A program made the position numbers and the translations under genes. Shown piece after piece: positions 23,871-36,300 of a stretch of 64,000 nt of DNA. The notes beneath the pieces were generated by a model that made no database searches, was not told the origin of the DNA, and saw nothing but the letters and a program-made list of their open reading frames with translations. Numbering within the stretch: position 1 is the first letter of the stretch; each line of letters begins with the position of its first letter. The stretch is from Selaginella moellendorffii (Eukaryota > Plantae > Lycopodiophyta): assembly GCF_000143415.4 (NCBI RefSeq), contig NW_003314281.1:2023882-2087881 (forward strand), written 5' to 3'.

Positions 23871-26800
23871 TGTCCCAAATATGATTTCAAGTATCGAAAT
23901 ATACTTGTCAGCTAATCTTTATAGACATTTTCTCCTTACTGCCATGATGGTAAAAGATTTATACAATTGGATTCCTTTATCAATCCCTTTTGTGCTAGTG
24001 AAGGTAATTGGATATCTAGAGTGTACTTAGACTAGACAAGTATAAAGATGGAATTCCTATGTGCTATTAGCTAAGTATACTTAGCCCAGTAAGAAGTTCC
24101 CATTTTATTGTATCTTATATTGGCTAGTGATAAAAACCTTTACGTATTAAATGTAATCCCTCAATATCATTATATAGTATTGTACCACATTACCCAAGCC
24201 TATGAATTGGTTCTGTTTCGGTTCCATATATTATTTATGATAAATGTTTAGATCTACTCAAGAGGCATATCTACAAAATATAGAGAGTGTCTTGAACCCT
24301 ATGGTGTTGTTCTTATGACTTAATTTACAATCTACCACCATTCCATTCCATACTTAGTAAGTTTTCATGCTTGTCCAAAGACTAACTTGTAAGACTAGGG
24401 TGAAAGCCCAAAGCATGCATTCTGTAAAGGGGGGGGGTTCCAAATGTATAGTAGGGATAATGGTTTGAAATATAAGTGATCATCTAAGATATTAGTTTAG
24501 CTTCCATTAAGTTGTGTTGCTCCTTGTTTTATGTCTGGCTTGGGTCTAAACTCAAGCTCTATGTTGCTCTAGTCGGTGGGGTACCCTTTTCTTTGCATAG
24601 GGGATATTGAGTGCATACTGGACTTTTATTTTATAGTGTAATAGGCTTAGATTTTAGCTCCAAATTCAGATGTGCTACATTTAGTACTTGGTTAGATTAG
24701 TATAAAGGTTGTGGTGGGTTTTAAATAAATAGTAAGGATAGTGGTTTGAAGCATAAGTAACCATCTGAGACATTAGTTTGGCGTTGGATTGTGTCACTCT
24801 TTGTTTTGCATTTGGCTTAGGTTTAAGCTTAAGCTCTATGTTGCTTTAGTCGATGGGGTACCCTTCTCTTTGCGTTAGACCACCGGTATGCTGAAATTGT
24901 TCTAAATATTTTCTAACATTGTTTTGCATATAGAAGCTGGATACAGGGAGTTAGTGCTCATAGAGGATATTGAGTGCATACTGGACCCTCATTTTATACC
25001 GTAATGGGCTTGGATTTTAACTCCAAATTCAGATGTGCTACATTTGGTATATGGTCAAATTACTATAAAGGTTGTGGTGGATTCTAAATGTATAATAGAG
25101 ATAATGATTTGAAACATAAGTGATTATTTGAGACATTAGTTAAGCTTCTATTGGGTTATATCGCTCCTTGTTCTATGTTTAGCTTGGGTTTAAACCCAAC
25201 CTCCATGTTGCTCTAGTCAGTGGGGTACCTTTTTCCTTGCGTTAGGCCACCAGTATACTAAAATTGTGTCAGACACTATCTAACACTATTTTGCATGTAA
25301 GACCTAAATATGGGGAGTTGGTGCTTATAGGGGATATTAAGTGCATACTAGACTGTCATTTGTAGCATAATAGGCAACTCAAATTCAGATGTGCTACATT
25401 TGGTATTAGAAGAATTATCTTAGCAATTCCTATCCAATTTTTTTTTTTGACTCGAGTTACATATATAGAGACCTTTTTAGTAGATCTAAAGCAACCTATA
25501 TAGGATTAGTTAAATTGCACTATTCAGTAAGAACATTGTATATATGTTTAGTTATTGATAAAGGTATGTATGTAGTTGGTAAATAGCAAAAAGGAACTAT
25601 GTTGATGATATTGAAACCTTTAAATAAGCAAATCAAGAGAAGGAAATTTTTATTGGAGATGCTATAGAAGAAGTAGAGGCTGAGTTATAAAAGGAAAAGC
25701 CCAATGCTGCAGCACTACAGAATACTACTTAAGACATTGAGATAAAAAATTTGTGAAAGGAAGTTCATAAATTGAATAAAGAGAATAATTAGAAGAAGAA
25801 AGAAAATAAAGCAATTAAACTAGCTAAACCTAAGTAACTAAACTCCTATTCAAGTTTTAAGGATAGTGAAGTTTTACAACTACCCCCAGTTATATGAGTT
25901 TTAAAGTTCAAACCCCTGAAACCACCCAACTTCAGAGGGATGTAGGACTATTAGGTTTTGGAAGATTGAGTTTACGATATTGAAAATTATTTTATAGCAG
26001 TAGACATGGATGATCATACAAAGATTGCATATGCCCAATCCTTTCTCAGCGATTATGCTGAAACTTGATGGTGCCTCGGTTTAATCTTGGCTTGAGACTT
26101 CATACAGAGTTGTGGTTGTTAAAGCATTATAGGGACCTTATGCACTATGTTAATGCATTTGCTCAAAAGTGCATTATAATTACAAATATAAGTGATGAAG
26201 ATGCTAAAAGTTATTTCTTAAAAAGTTTAAATTTATTTTTTTGCAATGAGATTTTGAAGGTTAAGCTAAAGACATACCTGAAGTGTAAGGAGGTAGCAAA
26301 AAAAGTTGCCTTTTAATCACTCGGTCATAAAACAGTATCAGTAGCCATATATTGGTATCTCGAACAAAAATAAGAACTCTAAGAATAAACAAGGTGACTG
26401 AAAATAGAGAGTGGAAGGGAAATTCTACTCTAGAGGCTCACAGACAATGGTTAAGCTACTAGTGGTTGGTGATCACTAGTAGCTTCTTCTAATTTTGGAC
26501 CCTTTGTTCCTCCTCCTAGTGGGTACAAGTAGCAATAACCTGCAAAACTTGCTTTTAGCAAAATAGGTAATGTGTGTCATTACTTTCATTATGGAGAGGC
26601 AGAACATAGGATCTTGGAATGTCCCAACAAACATAAAATAAAGTCTCACGTCAATGTTATAAGGGAAGATGGTGGTGGTGAAGCTGAAGGGGTTGAAAAA
26701 TTGATTAATGTAGATTAAGAGGAAGAGAATATAAGTTACTTTCCTTAATCTTTTCTTAGAGTTAATGCAAGCATTGATTTATTGATGTATTTTGTAGGTT

Positions 26801-27898
26801 TGTCTATGGATATTAACTCTAAGTGATGATTGACATGGGAGGCATGCACAACGTGATATCCAAAGCCTTAGTTAAGTTATTAGGATTGAAAGTTGAGCAA
26901 ATGTCACGCATACACTTCCGATTTGCACAAGGTGGGCAAGTAGCTAGGAAATTTATGAGTGATGTTCTAATAAAGATATTTAAGTGGAAAAAAAGATTGG
27001 ATTTGGTAATGTTAAAGATACAAGACTTTCAAATGGTGTTTGGTATGGATTTCTTTAATAAATATATCAAAGGGATATATAGTGCTGGACAAAGTTGTAT
27101 TATATTGAGGTCAAAAGGACATTTTAATATGTCTTTCCAATTGCAAAGTGCTCCTTAGGGAATTGGGATGCTAAATTCTTAATTGCAAGAGCCACTCAAA
27201 AAGTAGTTAAAAAAAGATGTCAAACCTTCTGGGTTTAAGCCATGGCAGCTAAGGGTGATGTTAACCCAGTTTAAATTAGTGATAGAGTTAATCCTATACC
27301 AAAGAAAATATTGAAGTTATTGATAAGGAATTAGGATATCTTTCTAAAGGATTTGTCATTAGAGCTACTCTCTAGTTATGAGATTGATTATCGGATTGAA
27401 ATTGTTCTAGGTTTTAAACTACCTACTCAAACTCCAAGGCTTGAAGATCAAGGAGATGGTTGAACTTAAGAAGTAACTCACTGTTGTGAATGTGACTTCG
27501 GGTATCAAAAGATACTTGTCAGTCAATCCTTATGGACATTTTTTCTTTATTGCCACGACGATAGAAGGTTGGTATTACTGGTTCTCTTTATTAGTCCTTC
27601 TTGTCCAAGTGTTAGTAAACTAAATTTAGCATCTGTACTTAGCCAAACGAGCATAAGGAAGGAATTCTTAAGTGTTTATTTTGCCAAGCATACTTGGCCC
27701 GGCTTGTTAGTTCTCTTTTGCTTTGTCTTGCACTGGCTTGACAAGAACCATTGCGTATTGAGACTAGTCCCTCAATATTGCTGGATAATAGCTTACCGTG
27801 TCTACTAAACACCTTCGTTATCATGCCTTTTGTGTTAGTCTCATTTCGGTTCCAAATGCTATTTATAGAAAGTGTCTAGATTTGCTCATTTGGCATAT

Positions 27899-28491
27899 TG
27901 TAAGCTCCTGAGTTTGGACTTCCTGGGAGGTCACCCAGCCCAGTACTATTCAAACCCAAGGACGCTTAACCCCAAGTATCCCAAGACCCTTAATCGATTG
28001 GAAAACGGGGTGCACTCTTATTCATGGGCCCTTTCCCTTTATATTTGAACCCCATGGACCGTCTCTCAAGTCGTTCTCTTTGGTTGCTTACAATCCACCA
28101 CGCTTCCCTGCAAGTTCACGCCCTCGTGAATGGAAGTTGAGAGCCGCAGCTCTCTCGAGAGCCTCGCTCTCTTGACACCCTACCCCTCAGGTCGAGCCCA
28201 GCGGGAGCAAACTGGACCAGCCAGATGTCAATCAACATGTGGTGTGATTCCCCTAGCCAACCAATAGAGTCGGACCCGAGACCTCTCTGATACCAAATGT
28301 AAGCTCCTGAGTTTGGACTTCCTGGGAGGTCACCCAGCCCAGTACTATTCAAACCCAAAGATGCTTAACCCCAAGTATCCCAAGACCCTTAATCGATTGG
28401 AAAAGGGGGTGCACTCTTATTCATGGGCCCTTTCCCTTTATATTTGAACCCCATGGACCGTCTCTCAAGTCGTTCTCTTTCGTTACTTACA
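27899..28491 (-). mobile_element. Cassandra-like TRIM (5S rRNA-derived tract in the LTRs)
   Basis: 194-bp LTRs 27899-28092 and 28298-28491, TSD CATAT, Met PBS TGGTATCAGAG, PPT. LTR contains GTTAAGCGTCCTTGGGTTTGAATAGTACTGGGCTGGGTGACCTCCCAGGAAGTCC. Confidence 0.93.
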
Positions 28492-30436
28492 CATATCTAC
28501 AGATCGGCCTGAACACAATGGTGTTCGTTCCGTGTCCAAATTCGCAATTTAGGGATATTCCACATTTAGTAAGTTTTGAGCTTGTCCTAGATACTAACTC
28601 CTGGTATTAAGGGAGGTTTGGGGTGAAAGCCCAAAACATGTGTTCCTCAAGGGGGGGGGGGGGGGGGGGGCGGCTATGGGGGGTTCCAAATGTATAGTAG
28701 GGATAGTGGTTGGATTGCATGTTCGACCACCTGAGATATTAGTTTGGCTCCCGCTGGGCTGTGTCGCACTTTGTTCTGCGTCTGGCTTGGGTTTAAGCCC
28801 AAGCTTCACGCTACTCTAGTCGGTGGGGTACCCTCCTCCTTGTGTGAGGCCACCGTTATGCCAAAATTGTGCCAGATTCCGTCTCACACCATTTTGCATG
28901 CAAGTGTTGGATACGGGGAGTTAGAGCTCATGGGATTGTACCGAACCCTCGTTTCGTAGCGTAACAGGCTTGGCGTTCGGCTCCAAATTCATGTATGCTA
29001 TATTTGGTATCAAAAGAAAGTTCTCAGCGATTCCTATCCAACTTTTGTCAGATTTTCTGACTCAAGTTGCATATGCAGAGACTTTTCTAGTAGATTCAAA
29101 GCGACCAGTGTAGGATTAGTTGGATTGCACCATTTGGTAAGAATGTTGTATGCATACTTAGTTACTGATAGAGGCACGCATGCAGCTAGTGGGATGGTGA
29201 AAAGGAACCGTATTGATGACGCTGAAACCTTTAGACGGGCGAATCGAGAGGAGGAAACTCTTGTTAGAGATGCTGCAGAAGAAGTTGAGGTTGAGGCTGA
29301 GTTGGAAGAGGAAGAGCTAGATGCTGCAACACTGTAGCATATGGCTCAGGAAGTCGAGATTGAAAATTTGTGCAGGGAGATTCGCAAATTGAAGAAGGAG
29401 AACAAAAAGAGGAAGAAAGAAGCTGAGGCTGCTAAACTAGCTAAAACTAAGCAACCGGACTCCTCTTCAAGTTCTGAGGATGATGAAGTTCTGCAACCGC
29501 CCCCGATTGCACGATTCAAAGTTCAAGCCTCCGAAACCACTCAATTTCAAAGGCATGCGGGACTATCAGGTTTTGGAAGACTAGGTTTACGATATAGAAA
29601 ACTATTTTATAGCAGCAGACGTAGATGATCATACGAAAGTTGCGTGCGCACAATCCTTTCTTACCGATCATGCTAAAACTTGGTGGCACCAGGTGTGTGC
29701 TGAAAAAGGGCAGACTAGAAGTTGGACTAAGATGCGGTCTCATATCTGTAAAGAATACTTGTTGGATGATCTTGGTTTGATACTTCGCGTGGAGCTACGG
29801 CAATTAAAGCAGCGAGGGGACCTCATGCATTATGTTAATGTGTTTGCTCAGAAACGCATTATGATTGTAAATATGAGTGACGGAGTTATTTTCTTGAGGG
29901 TTTAAGTTCACTTTCTCGCAATGAGATTTTGAAGTTTAAGTTGAAGATGTATCTAGAGTGTAAGGAGGCAGCGTAGCAAATTGCCTTTAATCACTCTCTT
30001 ATGAAACAATATTAACAACCGTATGCTAGTACCTCGGACAAGAATAAAAATTCTAGGAATAAATAAGGTGACTGGAAATAGAGGGTGGAAGGTAGGTTCT
30101 CCCCTAGAGGCTCACAAGCTACGGTTAACAAAGGTGGTGGTGGCTAGAGACCACCAGAAGCTTTTTTTGGTCCTAGGCCCTCTGTTCCTCCTCCTAGGAA
30201 TGGGTAGTGTGGGTCATTGCTTCCATTGTGGAGAGTTGGGACATACGTCCTTGGAATGTCCCAACAAGTATAAGACAAGGTCTCATATTAATGTCATGAG
30301 GGAAGACAGTGGTGGTGAAGCTGAAGGGGTTGACAAGTTGGTCAATGCAAACTATAAGGAAGAGGAGGTGAGTTACTTTTGTTTCTTTCCTCAAGTTTTT
30401 CTCACAGTCAATTCAAACACTGATCCGTTGATGTAT

Positions 30437-31112
30437 TGTAGCGCACCTTATCTCTCTCCCCTTAAGCTAACTAGAAAAGGGGCAATTGCTTGATGAGAGA
30501 GCCCTTAGTGGCTATTTTATCCCCATTTATCTCCCAAGGTTCCAAGGATCCATGGTGACAGTATATCCAAATCTCATCCCATGATCACATGCGCTACACT
30601 CACCCCCCCTTCAGAGATGTCAATGTCCTCATTGACTATTGACTAACAACCCCTACTGAGCCAAGGGGAACCAACACCTCCATTTCCGCACTCAATCTAC
30701 CAATCCTTCCATTGTGTAGACCAGCTATTCCATGTGAGGCAACTAGTCATCCACCCGTACCACAGTCCCACAGTGGATACCTTCGTCCGTGGATACTCCA
30801 CACAAGAGGAAGGACATACGCATGGATGCCCAATACATACGATTTCAAATTTAGGGGTAGGAATATACCTTGCTCAAGGGTATATTATACTTTTAAGTAG
30901 CCACTAATCAATGGGAATCGAATCCGTGCCATTTGCTCTTTGATACCAACTGTAGCGCACCTTATCTCTCTCCCCTTAAGCCAACTAAAAAAGGGGCAAT
31001 TGCTTGATGAGAGAGCCCTTAGTGGCTATTTTATCCCCATTTATCTCCCAAGGTTCCAAGGATCCACGGTGACAGTATATCCAAATCTCATCCCATGATC
31101 ACATACGCTACA
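30437..31112 (-). mobile_element. TRIM, second family (no 5S tract)
   Basis: 162-bp LTRs 30437-30598 and 30951-31112 (TGTAGCG...CGCTACA), TSD TGTAT, PBS TGGTATCA, PPT GAAGGGGGGGTGAG, non-coding interior. Confidence 0.93.
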
Positions 31113-32267
31113 TGTATCTAGTAGGCTTTGTCCGTAAACACCGAATCCGAGTGATAATTGACACAGGAGCTACACACAGCGTGATATCCGAAGACTTAGT
31201 TAAGTTGTTAGGATTGAATGCTAAACAAATGTCACCTATGCACTTTCGGTTTGGGGAAGGTGGGCAAGTAGCTAGAAAATTTGTGAGTGATGTTCCAATA
31301 AAAATATCCAAGTGGAAAGAAAGAGTGGACTTGGTAGCGTTGAAGATACCAGATTTTCAGATGGTGTTTGGTATGGACTTCTTCAACAAATATATAAAAA
31401 GAATTTATGGTGCTGAACAAAGTCGTATCACTTTGAAGTCAGAAGGACATCCCGATGTGTCCTTCCAGTTGCAAAAGCACTCCTTAAAGGATTGGGATGC
31501 AAAGTTTCTGATTGCGAGAGCCGCTCAAAAAGCAACTAAGAAGGGATGTTGAACCTTTTGGGTTCAAGTGATGGAATCTAAGAGTGTGGGTGACTTAGTT
31601 CGAATTGGTGATGGAGTTGATCCTATACCAAAGAAGATATTGGAGTTGTTAGCGCGGAATCAAGATATCTTCTTGAAGGATTTGCCATCAGGGCTACCTC
31701 CTAGCTGTGAGGTTGATCATCAGATCGAGGTTATTCTGGGTTCTAAACCACCTACGAAATCTCTGTATCGTTTGAACATCAAGGAGATGGCTGAACTCAA
31801 GAAGCAACTCACAGAACTTCTTGATAAAAGTCATATCCGACCAAGCAAGTCACTTTATGGAGCACCATCCTTTTTATTATGAAAAATGATGGAACGATGA
31901 GGATGTGTATCGACTATTGGGCACTCAACAAGATCACGGTCAAAAACAATTATCTTTTGCCTCGCATTGATGACTTGTTTGATCAACTCTTAAAGGCTAA
32001 GTATTTTACACGACTTGATTTGCAGTCCGGGTATCATTAGATACAGGTGGCAGATCAGGATTTGGAGAAGATAGCCTTTAAGACTTGGTATGGATCTTAT
32101 GAGTTCCTGATCATGCCATTTGGGTTATGCAATACTCTGGCAACATTTAGCACTATGATGGATAGAATATTCGGAGATTACTGTAAGGAACCGACTCCCC
32201 GAGATGTCGTAGGCTAAAGGATCCCCAAAAAGCTTGACCGAAATGACAAAGAGTTCATCGGATGGGA

Positions 32268-32545
32268 CCAAGTCGAGGATCGAGTCCAAGACCGACTCTA
32301 GGACCGAGTTCGAGATAGAGTCCGGAATCGAGTCCGAGACCGACTCGGGGACCGAGTTCGAGTCCGAGTTCGAGACCGAGTTCGAGACGGAGTCCGGATC
32401 CGAAATCGGGTCCGAGACCGAGTCCGAGGTCGAGTCCGAGGTCGGGTCCGAGGTCGGGTCCGAGATCGAGTCCGTGATCGAGTCCGAACCCGAATCCGAA
32501 GTCGGATCCGAAATCGGGTCCGAGATCGAGCCAGAGACTAAGTCC
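32268..32545. repeat. CpG-rich hexamer array (CCGAGT/CCGAGA) in LTR U3; also at 38651-38928 and 39713-39875
   Basis: Direct hexamer periodicity is visible and gives the spurious ESES/SDSD ORFs. Confidence 0.9.
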
Positions 32546-33388
32546 AAATACTAATACGGGTCAAGGGGTGAAAGCCCAAAGCGTGCGTCTCCCAGGGGGG
32601 GGGGGCTGCAGGGGGTTCCAAAAGTATAGTAGGGATAGTGAGGTCCAGGAACCAGTTTAGAAGGGACTCTCCAGTTGGGCTTCCAAACCGACTTGAGGTT
32701 GGGACTGGGACCGAGGGGCCTTGGGTGGGAGTGAGCATGGACTTGGCTGGTGCCGGAGGGGCCATCCAAGGAAGTGCTCAAGAGCAGCTCCCACTCCCGA
32801 AAGGGAAACCGATTGCGGTGCTCCCGGCCCAGGTGGAGTGGTGCCCCACTTGAGTACCTTGTGGCTCATTGGTCCTCGCCCTTCCGGGGGCTTGGGCCTT
32901 TCCTTCGGGATGGAAGTGGGGGGGTAGAGGTACCCATACCGGGCCGTTAGGCCACGGTGTTTCGCCCCGACGTCCCGAAGCAAGTGCTGCACCCAAGGCT
33001 TGGGATTTAGAGGGTCCCATGATCAAGCCTTGTGGTACCTTGGGGTGTTAGGAATCTGGAGGCTTGGTGTGCTTGGCTGCTTGTGCCTGCGGGGAGTGTA
33101 GCCGAACCTTAAGTCCAGTCTAACCCGGGGAGGGGGATTGGGAGAGATTTGGGAATCCGTAGATGGATGGCTAACACTCCGTTGCTCGTGCAGTAAGTAG
33201 CTGAAACCAAGTAGGAGCTGGCACCATAGGCGAGAACCTTGGCGAGGGAACTTAGCACAAGCCAAGGCGGAGTTGGTCGGATAGGCGAGGTAAGCTGGCA
33301 AATTGGAAAGGAAAAATTTGTGGCTTACAATTTGGTATCGGAGCCTCTTCCTCAGTTCTAGCGAAGGATAGAGGCGGATTGCTGGGAG

Positions 33389-36300
33389 ATGGCAAGGGCA
33401 GGACGTAAGCGAACCCAGGCGGAGACGGAACCTCCTCCAGAGCTGGAGCCTCCTGTCGAACAGGAGGCGATGGATGAGGAATCCTTGCATGAGGAGGACT
33501 CCAGTGAGGCAACTTCCAAACAGGAGTCTGGTGGTGAGGTTCGGTCGTCCAAGGCTCGATTGGATGTTCTAGAAGGACAATTGGCACAGACCAATGCCCT
33601 GCTAGAGACTCTCGTACGCAAGCTAAAGCGTGACGAGAAGCGGAAGAAAAAGCGAAAGACTGCGGATGCTGGCAGCGCAGAAGGTGCGGACCCTTCGGCA
33701 GGGACTGAGGCAAAACCAGACAAGGTCGAACAGACCGAAGTGGAATCAGTCCCTCAGGCAGTTCCCAAGTACAAACCGAAGCCCCCACCGGTCTTCAAGG
33801 GAGTGAACGACTATAAGGTGGTGGAGGATTGGTTTTACGATATGGAGGACTACTTCCGAGCGTTGCGATTACCGAGCTCGGAGAAGGTCCCATGTGCAAA
33901 ACCATACTTGGCAGATAATGCCAAGTCTTGGTGGAGAACAACGGAGGCCAACGAAGGACCGGTGGCCACTTGGGAAATGATGAAGGCGAGGATCCGCGCA
34001 ACATACGTTCCTCCGAATGCCACTCTGCATCTGAGAGATGAGCTGAGTAGGCTGAAGCAGACTGGAACCATCCAGGAATATGTGAATGGGTTCATGGCAA
34101 AGAGGATACTTGTCACGGACATGGGGGATATGGATGCGTTCCATGCCTTTATATCAGGTTTGCAAACCTGGGCTCGCGGTGAGGTGATGCGCTGGAACCC
34201 GACCAACTACAAGGAAGCGTTGGATGCGGCCATCAAGGTGCATTTCAACGATAACCTGCGAAAGGGGAACACGACGGGGTCGGGATCCACGTTTCACAAA
34301 GGGGCCAAACCGAGGGGAACATATAGCAGGGGGAAATTCAAGAAGAGTTTCTCTAAGAATGAGTCCTCGGGATTCCGGAAAGGCAAATCCGGTGGCCAGC
34401 GAGCAAGTACGTGGGGGAGTCAAGCGAAAAGAGACAAACCCACGGATAAGAAGGTCAAGTCATATAGCAGCGTGGGAAACAACGTATGCTACAACTGCGG
34501 TGAAGCGGGACACTTTTCGAGGGAATGTCCCTACCCGAAGAAGGCCAGAGCCAATATGGCCATCAAGTCGGGTGAAGTCCAAAATGAGGTATGTGATCCA
34601 GTCCCTAACTCAAAGTTACTCATTACACGAGCAACTTTGGTAGAGAGTCGTTCGCGACATCTACTAGCCCTCCGAGGGAAGCTCGGAGGTAGCGTTGTTA
34701 AGATCCTTATTGACACGGGTGCTTCGGATAATTTTGTGGCTGCAAACATAGTCCGGCAAGCCGGACTAACGGTGCAGCGGCTAGGCGAACCAAGGACTAT
34801 AGAGTTTGTTCAAGGTAGCCAAAGCACCGATGAGGTACTTCGACAAGCGAGAGTCGAAGTGGGGACTTGGAAGGTGGACATGGATTTCACCGTGTTGGAC
34901 ATGGCGGGATTTGACGTGATCTTCGGAATAGACTGGTTCAATCGATTCGTGGTAGCCCTGCATGGTCAAGGTAGAAACCTTGTGGTACTGGCGAATGCCC
35001 AAGGAAGAAGATCTAGGGTGGAAGCCCAGGATCTAAAGGTAGGGCAAAGCAAGGCCAAAGAATCCTGCTTAAACCTGGTGTCCACGAGAGGACAACTCAC
35101 TAAAGGACTAAGGCAGCCTTTTTGTGCTTACTCTCGGTGAAGAGTGACAAAAAGACAAGAACGGGAGAAGTGCCTTTAGTGATCCAGCGAGTGTTGGACC
35201 AATTCCAGGATACCATGCCGGAGGAGCTACCGGCGGGGTTGCCCCCCGCACGACCGATAGAACATAAGATTGAGCTGGTCGAGGGCGCTGAGGCAGTGGT
35301 TCGTCCACCCTATCGTTTGAACGAAAAGGAACTCAAGGAGCTCAAGTGCCAACTAGAGGAGTTGGTGGACAAAGGGTATATTAGGTTGAGCAAGTCGCCG
35401 TATGGGGCGCCGGTATTATTTGTGAAAAAGAAAGATGGATCTATGCGCATGTGCATAGATTACCGGTTGCTCAACAAGTATACCAAGAAGAACAAGTACC
35501 CTTTGCCAAGGATTGAGGACCTGTTCGATAGGTTGGGAAAGGCAAAATACTTCTCGAGGATTGACCTAAGGTCAGGATACTACCAGATCAGGGTAGCTGA
35601 GGAAGATGTCGAGAAGACAACCTGTCGAACAAGGTATGGGAGCTTTGAGTTTCTAGTGATGCCCTTTGGGCTCTGCAATGCGCCGGCAACGTTTTCGGCG
35701 TTGATGAACCACATCTTTGTACCCTATCTGGATCACTTCGTGGTCGTCTATATTGACGACATCCTGATCTATAGCGAGACGCTAGAGGAGCATGCCGAAC
35801 ACTTGGCGAAGGTGTTTGAGAAACTAAGGGAACACAAACTGTATGCTAAAGAGAGCAAATGTGACTTTGCTCAACAAGAGGTAAAGTTTCTCGGGCATGT
35901 GGTGGGCCAGGACGGGCTCAAGGTGGACCCGGAGAAGGTCCAAGCGATCCAGGAATGGGAGCGACCATCGAATGTACATGAGTTGAGGGCGTTCCTGGGG
36001 CTATGCAACTACTATCGAAAGTTTATCAGACACTATTCGAGAGTAGCCCTGCCCTTAACGGACCAAACAGGAAAAGGGAAGATGGTATGGACAGCAGAAT
36101 GCGAGGCGGCATTCGTCCACCTCAAAGGGAAGTTGAGGAAGGCTCCCGTATTGGCATTACCAGACTTTGGTAAGGACTTTGAGGTAGAAACGGATGCTTC
36201 GGACTTTGCGTTGGGCGCAGTTTTGAAGCAGGACAACCATCCGGTAGCGTTCTTCTCGAAGAAGCTGGACAAGGCTCAACGGAAGTGGCCTGCCCACGAG

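Noticed and set aside
27916-27970. 5S rRNA gene
   Set aside because: Only the internal promoter segment is present, embedded in TRIM LTRs.
32125-32554. Ser/Asp- and Glu/Ser-rich ORFs (also 38427-38937 and 39406-40153)
   Set aside because: Artefacts of stop-free hexamer arrays in LTRs.
35039-35116. Possible intron between PR and RT in element D
   Set aside because: A 78-nt removal would not correct the frame change; a small deletion or sequencing indel, as near 37087, is simpler.
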